Shown here piece by piece: positions 25,530-35,385 of a DNA stretch of 64,000 nucleotides. Source of the DNA: a virus; the IMG/VR virus record IMGVR_UViG_3300045971_000356, positions 1-64,000 of that record. The stretch is one strand, 5' to 3'. Made by a program: the position numbers and the translations under genes. The notes under the pieces are model-generated. The model was given only the letters and a program-made list of their open reading frames with translations, had not been told where the DNA came from and did no database searches. Numbering within the stretch: position 1 is the stretch's first letter; every line of letters starts with the position of its first letter.

Positions 25530-25808
25530 ATGAACATCAAAGATTATCCGTTGGAACAGAAAAAAGCAATCATTTGGAACGTGCTGTCAACATCAGAAGC
25601 ACTGGTTGAGTTTACAAAAGTAAATGGCGAGCATCGTGTTATGCCGTGTACACTTGAGCTATCAAGGTTACCTGCAAAAATACTCACTGAAGGAAAAACT
25701 GAACATAAAGGTAATCCTGACGTGTTACGAGTGTTTTGTACAGACAAAAACGAATGGCGATCATTCAGGTACGACAGTGTCATATCCATTACAGAGGCAG
25801 GCAAATGA
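25530..25808 (+). CDS. SH3/Sm-like (WYL_2-type) protein
   Basis: VEFTKVNGEHRVMPCTL...EWRSFR. Confidence 0.7.
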   Translation: MNIKDYPLEQKKAIIWNVLSTSEALVEFTKVNGEHRVMPCTLELSRLPAKILTEGKTEHKGNPDVLRVFCTDKNEWRSFRYDSVISITEAGK

Positions 25809-26062
25809 AATTAGTTATCAACACAACCAAAAAGCAAAAACCAGCTAACACATATCTGGTTCGTGTCCCTAACTACTTTGATGTGAACAAGGTACAGGAG
25901 TTAGTTGAGGCAGTTGAAAAAGTAATCCCCGCTACTGAAACTGTAGCTCATCACACGCTATACGGCGATTGGGTGTTGTCCATTGAGGAACGGAATCAAA
26001 TTGACTACACTGGTGAAGTAACTGACAAGCCTATTGAGATTGAGGTCGACTATGCTTTCTAA
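25805..26062 (+). CDS. hypothetical protein
   Basis: ATGA-coupled ORF. Confidence 0.5.
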   Translation: MKLVINTTKKQKPANTYLVRVPNYFDVNKVQELVEAVEKVIPATETVAHHTLYGDWVLSIEERNQIDYTGEVTDKPIEIEVDYAF

Positions 26063-26321
26063 GGACGAAGATTTCCTGCGATCAGTTATGGAACAGCGTC
26101 GCCGCTTTCGTGCGACGGACCCGCAAATTCCATCTTACACTTACCGCGGCCAAGACAAGAAGATTCCAAGTCTGTGCAGCGGCATTGGCAACGCAACGTT
26201 GGCACCAGCAAAAGTGTACACTGGCACGGAGATGATCGGCATTTCGCAAATGGCGAAATCAAATGCTATTCCAGTGTTTAATTCTGATCACATTACAGAC
26301 ATCGCTAGGATGAGGAGATAA
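26052..26321 (+). CDS. conserved T4-like phage hypothetical protein
   Basis: YTGTEMIGISQMAKSNAIPVF...IARMRR. Confidence 0.6.
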   Translation: MLSKDEDFLRSVMEQRRRFRATDPQIPSYTYRGQDKKIPSLCSGIGNATLAPAKVYTGTEMIGISQMAKSNAIPVFNSDHITDIARMRR

Positions 26322-26324
26322 ATT

Positions 26325-26576
26325 ATGGCAGAAAAATGCAAAACATGCGGTAAAGAATATTCAACATCGTGCACGTACCATCAAGGTCGTTGCGAGCATC
26401 CGCTTGCTAAGGCACCGCTTGCGCCACCAGACCCAATGCTTCACCGCAATATTAGCTTTGTCAAGAGTATTTTGCGAGTAGTGGCAGGTGCGTTGCTAAT
26501 TAACAACAGAATAGTTGCTGCTGGTGTAATGATTATTCTTGCTGAAATACTGGGCGTTATTGAAGAAGTAGTGTAG
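26325..26576 (+). CDS. small membrane protein with Zn-ribbon
   Basis: CKTC...HRNISFVKSILR...AEILGVIEE. Confidence 0.55.
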   Translation: MAEKCKTCGKEYSTSCTYHQGRCEHPLAKAPLAPPDPMLHRNISFVKSILRVVAGALLINNRIVAAGVMIILAEILGVIEEVV

Positions 26577-26643
26577 ATTTTGCTTGACTTTTTGCGATTT
26601 CTATCATATAATCCCAGTATCGTAACAAAGATAGGAGTCTATC

Positions 26644-26790
26644 ATGAGTAAGTTAGTTATTGCTGTGGTTGTAGCACTTTTGGCAGGGTGCAGCACAGTG
26701 GCAGGCACGGTGCGCGGCCTTGGTGAGGACGTCGGTGCAGGAACCAACACTGTAGCAAACTGGATTAAACCAGCGCCAGTACAAAAATAA
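26644..26790 (+). CDS. entericidin EcnA/B-like lipoprotein
   Basis: LLAGC lipobox, STVAGTVRGLGEDV. Sigma70 promoter TTGACT-17-TATAAT at 26584. Confidence 0.75.
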   Translation: MSKLVIAVVVALLAGCSTVAGTVRGLGEDVGAGTNTVANWIKPAPVQK

Positions 26791-26798
26791 ATCTTAGT

Positions 26799-26875
26799 GC
26801 GCTGGTAGTTCAGTTGGTTAGAACAGTCGACTCATAATCGATTGGTCACAGGTTCGAGTCCTGTCCGGCGCACCA
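26799..26875 (+). tRNA. tRNA-Ile2/Met(CAT)
   Basis: GTCGA-CTCATAA-TCGAT, canonical cloverleaf. Confidence 0.9.
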
Positions 26876-26895
26876 TTCACATTAAAGGAAATAAA

Positions 26896-27261
26896 ATGAT
26901 TCAACCAGTACAAGTTATTCGCTATGTTCGCCCACGCCTTGAGAACGGCACGTGGAGCAATTTGGGCGGCGCAACGTTTGTGTTCACTATGGATTACAAC
27001 AACCGCACAGTGCGAGTCCAGCATGCGCTATGCTCGTCAAAGGACAATTTCAACAAAGCACTCGGCCTCAAGACGGCGCTCGCAAGCGGCTTCCGTGAGT
27101 TCAACTTGGATTCTTTCCAAGAGTTTGCGGACAAGTTGGGCGGATTTGTCCTAGCATATCAAATGATGCTGTCAACATTCTCAGTGTCAGGCACTTTGTC
27201 ATCAAGCGAAGCAGTGTTTGTGAAAAAGTGGAATGCCCAAAATCTCAACGACCTAGCATGA
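26896..27261 (+). CDS. hypothetical protein
   Basis: AAGGA RBS; CSSKDNFNKALG. Confidence 0.6.
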   Translation: MIQPVQVIRYVRPRLENGTWSNLGGATFVFTMDYNNRTVRVQHALCSSKDNFNKALGLKTALASGFREFNLDSFQEFADKLGGFVLAYQMMLSTFSVSGTLSSSEAVFVKKWNAQNLNDLA

Positions 27262-27653
27262 CAGTAAGAATGAGTAACGTTGACACTCTTGGCATGTTCC
27301 GCGACTCCACGCGGAACTGGGAAGTTGACGAAGAATGGTCCCATGTTGCTTACAACTATGTGGTCCTTGGGTTACAACCAGGCAGTTTTTTTACTGCATT
27401 TTTTGCTAACGATCTTGTCAGCGCCGCGTGTCACTCACACCCATCAAACACGATGGGGGCTGTTATTGCCCTTGGCAAGTGGCTTGCTACCGACGCACCC
27501 AAAGATTGTTGGGGATCTTACGAAAAAGTGGGTGCTTGGATCGCCCTTCGTCAAGAAATACGTGATGAAATCTGTGAAAAGTGTGGTTTAAAAGCAACAG
27601 CTTGGGATATTTTAAGCAGAAAAGAGGTCATTCTCGACGAAATCATTGCTTGA
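27258..27653 (+). CDS. hypothetical protein
   Basis: PGSFFTAFFANDL...CWGS. Confidence 0.6.
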   Translation: MTVRMSNVDTLGMFRDSTRNWEVDEEWSHVAYNYVVLGLQPGSFFTAFFANDLVSAACHSHPSNTMGAVIALGKWLATDAPKDCWGSYEKVGAWIALRQEIRDEICEKCGLKATAWDILSRKEVILDEIIA

Positions 27654-27712
27654 CTTACCCCCAGATCTGCGCTATAATAACCACATAGCGCAACAACATA
27701 GGACATTTAAAA

Positions 27713-28756
27713 ATGGCTCAAGCATACGTTAAAATCACAAAAGGTACTTACGCTAACAAATCCGTTAAGGGTGTTGTTTTGCCGCTCGTCGAGCACTTTA
27801 AGACTGGTTCCAAAGGTGGTTACGTTACAGTTAACGGCGCTTACTTCAAGAAAGACCGTAACATCCGTATTGGTGTTGCTGCTCCTTCTGCTTACGAGTT
27901 TGTGTCAGAAGACGAGTACTTTGCGCAAAGCGTAGAGTTGACTGCTCCTGCTAAGACAGCAGAAGTTGCTGTTACAAAGGAAAGCGACGAGCAAGTGATG
28001 GCTCGTATTGCTGAACGCTTTGACATTCTGCATGACATGACGAAGGCTGCTTGCGAAGGCAACATCCGCGCCATGATTGTTACTGGCCCACCCGGCGTTG
28101 GCAAGAGCTTTGGCGTTGAACTTGAAATTGAAAAAGCATCGCTGTTTGACAAGATCCAAAACAAGCGCACCCGTAGTGACGTGGTTAAAGGTGCTGCTAC
28201 ACCCATTGGCTTGTATCAGAAACTGTACGAGTTCAGCGACAAAGATTGTGTGCTCGTTTTTGATGACTGCGACATGTTGTTTTATGATGACTTGTCGTTG
28301 AACTTGCTGAAGGCTGCACTGGACACATCCAAGCGTCGCAAGATTTGCTGGAACAGCGAGTCAAGTGTGCTGGAACGCGAAGGCATCCCACGCACGTTTG
28401 ACTTCAAAGGTTCAATCATCTTCATTACCAACTTGAAGTTTGAAAACATCAAGTCCAAGAAGCTGCAAGACCACTTGATGGCACTTGAGTCACGTTGCCA
28501 CTATTTGGACTTGACCCTGGATACAGTGCGCGACAAGTTGCTGCGTATCAAACAGATTGCCAACACTGGTGAACTGTTTAACGACTACGAGTTTAATAAA
28601 GTTGAAGAAACTGAGATCATTGACTTTTTGTTTGCTAACCACACTAAACTGCGCGAAGTGTCTCTGCGTACGGCACTGAAAATTGCCGACTTGCGTAAGA
28701 GTTTCCCGACACGCTGGAAGAACATGGCCCAAACTACTGTGATGAAGACTGCTTAA
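27713..28756 (+). CDS. AAA+ ATPase (early gene)
   Basis: GPPGVGKS, LVFDDCD. Sigma70 promoter TTGACT-17-TATAAT at 27650. Confidence 0.85.
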   Translation: MAQAYVKITKGTYANKSVKGVVLPLVEHFKTGSKGGYVTVNGAYFKKDRNIRIGVAAPSAYEFVSEDEYFAQSVELTAPAKTAEVAVTKESDEQVMARIAERFDILHDMTKAACEGNIRAMIVTGPPGVGKSFGVELEIEKASLFDKIQNKRTRSDVVKGAATPIGLYQKLYEFSDKDCVLVFDDCDMLFYDDLSLNLLKAALDTSKRRKICWNSESSVLEREGIPRTFDFKGSIIFITNLKFENIKSKKLQDHLMALESRCHYLDLTLDTVRDKLLRIKQIANTGELFNDYEFNKVEETEIIDFLFANHTKLREVSLRTALKIADLRKSFPTRWKNMAQTTVMKTA

Positions 28757-28757
28757 T

Positions 28758-29081
28758 ATGGCAACTTTTTTAGAGTTTCGTGAGACAAAGTGGGGCTCAG
28801 CAGACGGTAGGGGCACAAAGATTAAGGATTTGACAGTAGGTCATCTTACTGCCATCCTTAATTGGGTTAAACGCTATCCTAAGTCGTACTCTCTACACGT
28901 ATATCAAAACCTCGAGCAAGAAGCACATTACCGCAAACTGTTTTTGTTTGCGGAAGGTAAGCCATACCCGACGTTTGACGGAGAACATTGGGACTTGGTT
29001 GACCCAAAAACGGGGGTGACATTTATTGAGCCACCGCCACAGGAATATCTTGATGCCATTAAAACAATTTCCGTACATTGA
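28758..29081 (+). CDS. hypothetical protein
   Basis: Adjacent ORF. Confidence 0.55.
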   Translation: MATFLEFRETKWGSADGRGTKIKDLTVGHLTAILNWVKRYPKSYSLHVYQNLEQEAHYRKLFLFAEGKPYPTFDGEHWDLVDPKTGVTFIEPPPQEYLDAIKTISVH

Positions 29082-30204
29082 AGACTACGTCCTTTTTCTA
29101 AACAGCCGCATTGACGCGACTGGCAATGTGTTCGCGCCTTGGGCAGGGTCAATGCAAGTGTTTTTCCTCAACGCATTTGACAAAAAGTTCATCAGTGACA
29201 TGTCTGACATCGTGGACAAGTCTGCGTTTTTAGTGTCGCTGAATGTTGCTAAGGACACTTACACAGACAAGCAAGCGAACTTGATCCTGCGTATTATTGG
29301 CAAGTACAAGCGCCAACTTGAGAAGGAAGGCATTGAGATTCCAACGCACAGAAATTTCAGATCAACAATACGCATAGTTGACAGGTCCACGGGTCTGAGC
29401 CTGGTTAACGGCAGGCTGCATGCGAGGTTCCCGTATCAGAACATGCTCATTGAACAACTGCGAGCAATCTCCAAGGTAGCGCAAGGTAATGTAAAGTGGG
29501 ACGTTGAGGAGCGAGTGTGGTCGTTTGCGCTGACAGAGTACAATGTGAGTTGGACTGTAGCGTTTGCTCAACATAACAACTTTGCGATTGATGAAGAAGT
29601 TCAAGAGCTGTTTGCGCAAATACTTGAGATTGAGAATGGACTATCGCAAAGCATTAAGCTGGTGGTGAACGATAACCATCAGCTTGAGATTGAAAACGTG
29701 CCACAGTCAATGCTTGAGTACATGGCAAGCAAAAACGTTGACACAACTGACATTTACGCGATGGTGGATTGTGCGGGTGAGTTATGCTACGAAGTCAGTG
29801 ACGACATTAAAGAGGTACTCACTGAGACAGATGGCAAACAGTTTGTGGAACTGTGTACGCAACATGAAATTGGCTCAAAGCATAATTTTGAAGAAGTTGT
29901 GAAATGGGCCATTAAGGTGAATCGTTTGCCTATTGTGGTGTACAATCCAATTTATGCTAAACACGACACATCAGTTCAGGATAAATACTTTCTACCCAGC
30001 GAAATACAAATAATCAAATCGAGCGGTAAGACGATTGATCCTTCTGCGAAATTAGTGTACACTACAACTGCGATAGAGGCAGAAGCCAATAGCATTCCAG
30101 TATTGGTATCGTACGCTAATTTGATGCATGGTAAAACTAAAAAAGGTATGCTTAGTGCAGCCCGTAAAGTTGTTTACCATTGCGAGACCTTACCTACAAC
30201 ATAA
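29053..30204 (+). CDS. hypothetical protein
   Basis: Long ORF upstream of the helicase. Confidence 0.65.
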   Translation: MPLKQFPYIEDYVLFLNSRIDATGNVFAPWAGSMQVFFLNAFDKKFISDMSDIVDKSAFLVSLNVAKDTYTDKQANLILRIIGKYKRQLEKEGIEIPTHRNFRSTIRIVDRSTGLSLVNGRLHARFPYQNMLIEQLRAISKVAQGNVKWDVEERVWSFALTEYNVSWTVAFAQHNNFAIDEEVQELFAQILEIENGLSQSIKLVVNDNHQLEIENVPQSMLEYMASKNVDTTDIYAMVDCAGELCYEVSDDIKEVLTETDGKQFVELCTQHEIGSKHNFEEVVKWAIKVNRLPIVVYNPIYAKHDTSVQDKYFLPSEIQIIKSSGKTIDPSAKLVYTTTAIEAEANSIPVLVSYANLMHGKTKKGMLSAARKVVYHCETLPTT

Positions 30205-30259
30205 ATGACTACAGCACGAATTATGATATAAATAAATGGATAGATTGAAAGGTTATCAT

Positions 30260-30985
30260 ATGTCATTTATTTATATTGTTACTAATTTATTGGATGGTAA
30301 AATTTACATTGGCAAATCTAAATACAATAATCCAACTTATTATGGGTCTGGGTTGAAAATTGGATATGCAATTAAAAAACATGGAATAGAAAATTTTAAA
30401 AAAGAAATTCTCGAAGAGTGTGCCGATGACATGGTAAGTGAGCGAGAAATTTACTATATAGAACAGTATAAGTCAACTATAGATCATATTGGATATAATA
30501 TAAGTAAAGGTGGCGAGGGCGGCGCCCATTATTGGAGTTCGTTAACTGAAAATGAAAGAAAACAGCAGGGTAGGAAAATTAGTGCAGCATTGACTGGTAA
30601 AAAATATGGGCCAAGGTCAGAAACTACTAGGAAAAATCAAGCGTTGAGCTACAACCGAACACCTGAAATTTTAGAAAAGAGAGCAGCTGGAAAGCGTAAA
30701 TTTTATACTTGTGTAAACCATAATAGTTTGGAAATATATATTACTAAAAATCTCCCAGTTTGGTGCACTGAGATGAGTTTAAATCTCGGAGCCATGCAGC
30801 ATAATGCGAGAACACGAAAAAAACTGTGCAATAAAAATTGGTCATGCCGTTTTGGTGTTCTTGCCGGCGATGTCACGGATATAGTTACTATGCTCAATGA
30901 AGAAATTAGGCAGGCTCGAGCTATAACTAAAGAAAAAATCATTAACAAAGGAAAAAATGGCAACTGCAAAAATAGTTATAAATGA
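30260..30985 (+). CDS. GIY-YIG homing endonuclease
   Basis: FIYIVTNLLDGKIYIGKS...YYGSG...GYNISKGG. Confidence 0.9.
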   Translation: MSFIYIVTNLLDGKIYIGKSKYNNPTYYGSGLKIGYAIKKHGIENFKKEILEECADDMVSEREIYYIEQYKSTIDHIGYNISKGGEGGAHYWSSLTENERKQQGRKISAALTGKKYGPRSETTRKNQALSYNRTPEILEKRAAGKRKFYTCVNHNSLEIYITKNLPVWCTEMSLNLGAMQHNARTRKKLCNKNWSCRFGVLAGDVTDIVTMLNEEIRQARAITKEKIINKGKNGNCKNSYK

Positions 30986-31970
30986 CGAAGCAAATTGTAA
31001 AATTTTGGGATTGGATTTGAATACAAGGAAGAAACTTGTAGGCAAGTTTAAGTACGAGATACCTGGAGCCAGATTCACCCCCGCATGTAAACTTGGGCGT
31101 TGGGATGGGTGTAAAACATTTGCCCAACTTGGCGGTAGTACCTATATCAATTTGCTTACAGAAATCTTGCCTATGCTTGACAGTGCTGGTTACGATGTCA
31201 CGCTTGAGGACTTGCGTGAGTATAATACCACGTTTGAGTTTGACGCAGTCCACGAAAAAAGTTACGCACACAAAGCATGGCCCAAAGGGCACGAGCATGA
31301 GGGCGAGCCCATTATGCTGCGTGACTATCAGGTCGAGGCAATCAACACATTCTTAGAAAACACACAGAGCATTCAGTGCCTTGCGACTGGTAGTGGTAAA
31401 ACTATCATGACAGCAGTGCTGAGCCACAAGTGCGAGCCCTATGGCAGAACAATCGTCGTGGTGCCAAGCAAGGACTTGGTGCTGCAAACAGAGCGCGACT
31501 ACATTAACATGGGACTTGATGTGGGCGTGTTCTTTGGCACACGAAAAGAATACACAAAAACGCACACTATTTGCACATGGCAATCACTCAACTCACTCTT
31601 TAAGAACACAAAGAACGGTGAAGCACAGATTCCGTTTGGTGAGTTTATTGAAGATGTCGTATGCGTGATGATCGACGAATGCCTTGCTCCAGGAACTTTG
31701 GTCAAAACTCCGTCTGGAAATGTAGCTATTGAAACATTAGTTCCCGGTGATAAAGTATATTCATTTAATGAATTATCTAATGAATTTATTATTGACGAGG
31801 TAGTTAAGTTACATGTAAATTTACCTAAAACTAATAGTGCTGAAATGTATGAATTTGAATTAGACGATGGAAGTCTGATTCAAATAACCGGCAATCACAA
31901 AATGCTAACTGATCGTGGATGGGTTGCTGCGAGAGACATAAATGAAGGGGATAATATACGCAGTCATTGA
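30957..31970 (+). CDS. UvsW-like SF2 helicase N-half fused to split-intein N fragment
   Basis: LRDYQ, ATGSGKT, then IDE|CLAPGTLV...ITGNHKM (intein blocks A and B, from 31680). Confidence 0.9.
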   Translation: MATAKIVINDEANCKILGLDLNTRKKLVGKFKYEIPGARFTPACKLGRWDGCKTFAQLGGSTYINLLTEILPMLDSAGYDVTLEDLREYNTTFEFDAVHEKSYAHKAWPKGHEHEGEPIMLRDYQVEAINTFLENTQSIQCLATGSGKTIMTAVLSHKCEPYGRTIVVVPSKDLVLQTERDYINMGLDVGVFFGTRKEYTKTHTICTWQSLNSLFKNTKNGEAQIPFGEFIEDVVCVMIDECLAPGTLVKTPSGNVAIETLVPGDKVYSFNELSNEFIIDEVVKLHVNLPKTNSAEMYEFELDDGSLIQITGNHKMLTDRGWVAARDINEGDNIRSH

Positions 31971-32013
31971 CATTGTATCTACTATAAATACATACAATAA
32001 AGGCGTTTACATT

Positions 32014-32910
32014 ATGAGCAAATTATGGAATGATAGATTATTAACAAGTGGAGCCACATTGAGAATTATGACGTTTTCTCAAAATTCTGTAATTTTAAGC
32101 AATGGTTTTACATTATCAGACAAAAATAGTGTAGCACGATTTACTTCAAGATTAAAGCAGGGATGGAATATTGATTTAGCATATCATGAAGACGAAATAG
32201 TTCGCCTCGCCTATATAAAGACTCACAAATCTGAATTAGCCAGAAAAGGTGGCATATCATGTCAAGCAATGAATCCACATATTAGGGAAATTGCAACAAA
32301 AAATTTAGCAACTGCAAGAGATAATGGTAGTAATCTTGCATACCTTAAAAAACGTGGGCAGTGGAATAAAGGATTGACTAAAGAAACGGATTCACGAATA
32401 TTGGCTATCAGCGCCCGGGCAACTGGCAGTGGGAATCCGATGTTTGGTACTAAGCATTCTGAAGAATATAAAGCAACTCAATCCAAGACAATGAAGGAAA
32501 ACATTAAGTCTGGCAAATTTACTCCAAGCATTAAAAATAGTAAAACGCATTGGCAAGTTGAATTTGATGGTAAAAAGTTTAGAAGTTCGTGGGAAGCAGC
32601 CTGGTCTGCTTTACATCCATCACATTTATATGAACAGATTAGAATTAGTTATTGGGTTGCCAATGTTGAAAAGATCTACATTGTAGACTTTTATGATCCT
32701 GCTGTAAACACTCTAATAGAGATTAAACCGGTAGAACATACATATAGTGAACAATTTAAAGCAAAGAAATTATGGGCAGAAAAATGGGCATTAGAGAACA
32801 ACGGATATTATAAAGTAATAACCCAGGAGTATTTTAAAGATAATATGCCAGCATTGCTTTTGACTAATCTGCCAGACGATGTTAAAATGAAAATAAGGAA
32901 TATTAAATGA
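32014..32910 (+). CDS. free-standing TnsA-like endonuclease between split-intein halves
   Basis: FRSSWEA...YIVDFY...LIEIKP, NUMOD3 motif and its own TATAAATA at 31983. Confidence 0.85.
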   Translation: MSKLWNDRLLTSGATLRIMTFSQNSVILSNGFTLSDKNSVARFTSRLKQGWNIDLAYHEDEIVRLAYIKTHKSELARKGGISCQAMNPHIREIATKNLATARDNGSNLAYLKKRGQWNKGLTKETDSRILAISARATGSGNPMFGTKHSEEYKATQSKTMKENIKSGKFTPSIKNSKTHWQVEFDGKKFRSSWEAAWSALHPSHLYEQIRISYWVANVEKIYIVDFYDPAVNTLIEIKPVEHTYSEQFKAKKLWAEKWALENNGYYKVITQEYFKDNMPALLLTNLPDDVKMKIRNIK

Positions 32911-33746
32911 AGGTTATTAGAAAAACATTAACAGAAAAAACGCCAATAACATACAATTTGCACGTTAAAGAGAATCATAATTATGTGGCAAACGGATTAG
33001 TGGTATCCAATTGTCACGGCATTAAAGCAGACGCATTGCTTGGCATGCTAACTGGTGTGATGGCACATATTCCAATACGCTGGGCAGTGACGGGCACGAT
33101 CCCCAAAGAAGATTTTGAGAAGCGGTCACTACAGGTTGCCATTGGCGAGGTGGTGGGCACAATCAAGGCAAGCGACTTACAAGATAAAGGTGTGCTGTCA
33201 AACTGCCACGTTAACATTGTGCAGATGATTGACCACCCAGAATTTAAGCAGTATCAGGATGAACTAAAATATTTGCTTGAGACAGAAGGTCGCCTCCAAT
33301 ACATGGCTGCACTGATTGAGAAAGCAAGTGTGGACGGCAATACTTTGGTGCTGGTTGATCGTGTAGAAGCAGGCAAGACACTGGCGAGTTTGATCCCTGG
33401 CGCAGTATTTTTAAGTGGCGCAACTAAATCAGCAAACCGCAAAGAGCAATATGATTCCATTGCGACGACTAATAACGGCGTGACAATTTGCACGTATGGC
33501 ATTGCTGCGGTGGGCATTAACGTGCCGCGAGTGTTTAACGTGTTTTTGATTGAACCTGGTAAGAGTTTTATACGGGTGATACAGAGCATTGGCCGCGGTT
33601 TGCGCAAAGCGGAAGATAAAGACTTTGTCAACATTTATGACATTACGTCATCATGCAAGTTTGCGAAGCGCCATTTGACTAAACGAAAAGCATTTTACAC
33701 TGAGTCAAATTATCAATATAGTATTGTAAAAGTGGCGTGGCAGTAG
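32907..33746 (+). CDS. split-intein C fragment (35 aa) fused to helicase C-half
   Basis: TYNLHVKENHNYVANGLVVSN|CHG, then TGT and QSIGRGLR. Confidence 0.9.
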   Translation: MKVIRKTLTEKTPITYNLHVKENHNYVANGLVVSNCHGIKADALLGMLTGVMAHIPIRWAVTGTIPKEDFEKRSLQVAIGEVVGTIKASDLQDKGVLSNCHVNIVQMIDHPEFKQYQDELKYLLETEGRLQYMAALIEKASVDGNTLVLVDRVEAGKTLASLIPGAVFLSGATKSANRKEQYDSIATTNNGVTICTYGIAAVGINVPRVFNVFLIEPGKSFIRVIQSIGRGLRKAEDKDFVNIYDITSSCKFAKRHLTKRKAFYTESNYQYSIVKVAWQ

Positions 33747-34580
33747 CTAAATTTTTGTCTTACATTTATCGTTGTGCCACCGTGATAGATTAGCTTTAGT
33801 AACTTCTTTACCGCAGTGGATACATTTGAATATGGCGCGATTTTTGTGTGATTCTTTTTGCTTTAAAATAGTTTCTGGAGAAGTAGTTTTTCCTTTGTTT
33901 GCGGGAGCTACCCCTTTTCTCCATGGCGCTGGCCGTCCAGAATATAGATTTGAATAATATTCTTTTCGCTCATTGGAGCATGGGGTATTGTGTTTCCCTA
34001 GATTGTTTTCTGAAATTTTTATCTTTGTTGCTTCTGAGTGTTTATAATTTTTTCTTGTTTCTAATATTTTTGCTATAGTTTCTGGAGTTATGAATCGCCC
34101 ATTCTTGGCAATTGTGGCTTTCATTTTTACTTTTTGCTCTTCTGACATTGGTTTGCCTAGATTGGGCCCAGGTTTTCCTTTATGAGAATCAGATATTTTT
34201 TTGCGTGTTTCAGTAGATACTATTTTACCTTTATGAAGAGAAGAACTAAATTCAGCTATTTTAGCACGGGTAATTTCATAATGTTTGCCTTTAGATACGT
34301 GCCGTTTTTGAGATTTATTTTTAGTGCGAAGTATCATCCAAGCAGCATACCACATGCTGACAGTATGTTTAGGATTTTTGGTCATTCTTGGCAGAAGCAA
34401 ATGTATTAATCTATGTTCTTGGGCAAGCAGTTGAACTAAGTTGTCACTGGAGTTTGACCCGCCTAACGATTTTGGGATAATATGATGTGTCTCAAAATAA
34501 ATATTTGGTGGTAAAGTTCTTGCTTTTGCTTTAGCAATAATGTTACAATACCATTGTGTATATTTGTTTTGTATATACAT
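33747..34580 (-). CDS. HNH homing endonuclease with NUMOD3
   Basis: ETHHIIPKSLGGSNSSDNLVQL..EHRLIH. Confidence 0.9.
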   Translation of the reverse strand: MYIQNKYTQWYCNIIAKAKARTLPPNIYFETHHIIPKSLGGSNSSDNLVQLLAQEHRLIHLLLPRMTKNPKHTVSMWYAAWMILRTKNKSQKRHVSKGKHYEITRAKIAEFSSSLHKGKIVSTETRKKISDSHKGKPGPNLGKPMSEEQKVKMKATIAKNGRFITPETIAKILETRKNYKHSEATKIKISENNLGKHNTPCSNERKEYYSNLYSGRPAPWRKGVAPANKGKTTSPETILKQKESHKNRAIFKCIHCGKEVTKANLSRWHNDKCKTKI

Positions 34581-34610
34581 TTCTAGATTTCCTGGATTGT
34601 ATACTTATTT

Positions 34611-35129
34611 ATGCGGAGAAATAAAATTAGAATTTTAACTTTAGACAACATTTCGTATCCAATGGATGAGATTCCAGACGAGATTGACGATTTGCGTTTC
34701 TGCGTCTTTGATAACAGTAATCCAAAGGAACCAGATTATTTTTACATTCCACTTATCTTTTTGGAAAGCTTCAACAGCCCAGCATTGGTGCTGAAAATTG
34801 GTGATGACGTTATTCGTATGCCAGTGGACTGGCAGATTTTGATCGGTGAGCCGGACTTAGGCGATTTAGAAGTAGTGCCGCTTACAAGCATTAACGACCG
34901 CGGCTTTAACGTATTTTGTTTTAACCCTATTGCTGGCTTTAAACCAGAGTTTAAGTCAGTGGAAGTGATTGACATCTATCAAGACGTAAAGTGGTATTTC
35001 CCTAAGTTAAAGCCTGGGCAGATGTTAGCAGTGCCGTTGAAGGACAAGACAGACAAGCCGCTTTGTGCATTTTTTGTGAAAGAAATTTCGAGACAATCGG
35101 AAATAGTTGACTACTCTAAAAGTTGGTGA
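34611..35129 (+). CDS. conserved phage hypothetical protein
   Basis: RILTLDN...PLIFLESFNSPA. Confidence 0.65.
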   Translation: MRRNKIRILTLDNISYPMDEIPDEIDDLRFCVFDNSNPKEPDYFYIPLIFLESFNSPALVLKIGDDVIRMPVDWQILIGEPDLGDLEVVPLTSINDRGFNVFCFNPIAGFKPEFKSVEVIDIYQDVKWYFPKLKPGQMLAVPLKDKTDKPLCAFFVKEISRQSEIVDYSKSW

Positions 35130-35132
35130 AAC

Positions 35133-35384
35133 GTGCCCGTCCCTGCTATAATGGTAACTCCAACAAGGCCCTGGCCCAACCCACCTCCGTTTCGTGTCCC
35201 GCAGCCTGATCCTTGGACAAGGAAAGGAAACTGGCAAAAATGGTTCGCTTGGTATCCAGTGAAGGTCAATGGGGATACACAGTGGTTAAAATTTGTGTAT
35301 CGTAGGAAATGGATTAATGTATTTCACAGTGGCGATGAATTTAAAACAGAATACGGCACAGTGTTTGACATATTGAAAGACTAA
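35133..35384 (+). CDS. hypothetical protein
   Basis: WQKWFAWYPVKV motif. Confidence 0.55.
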   Translation: MPVPAIMVTPTRPWPNPPPFRVPQPDPWTRKGNWQKWFAWYPVKVNGDTQWLKFVYRRKWINVFHSGDEFKTEYGTVFDILKD

Positions 35385-35385
35385 G

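Noticed and set aside
34611-34640. ATT start codon after GGAGAA
   Set aside because: Plausible, but an in-frame ATG lies five codons upstream, so it cannot be decided from sequence.
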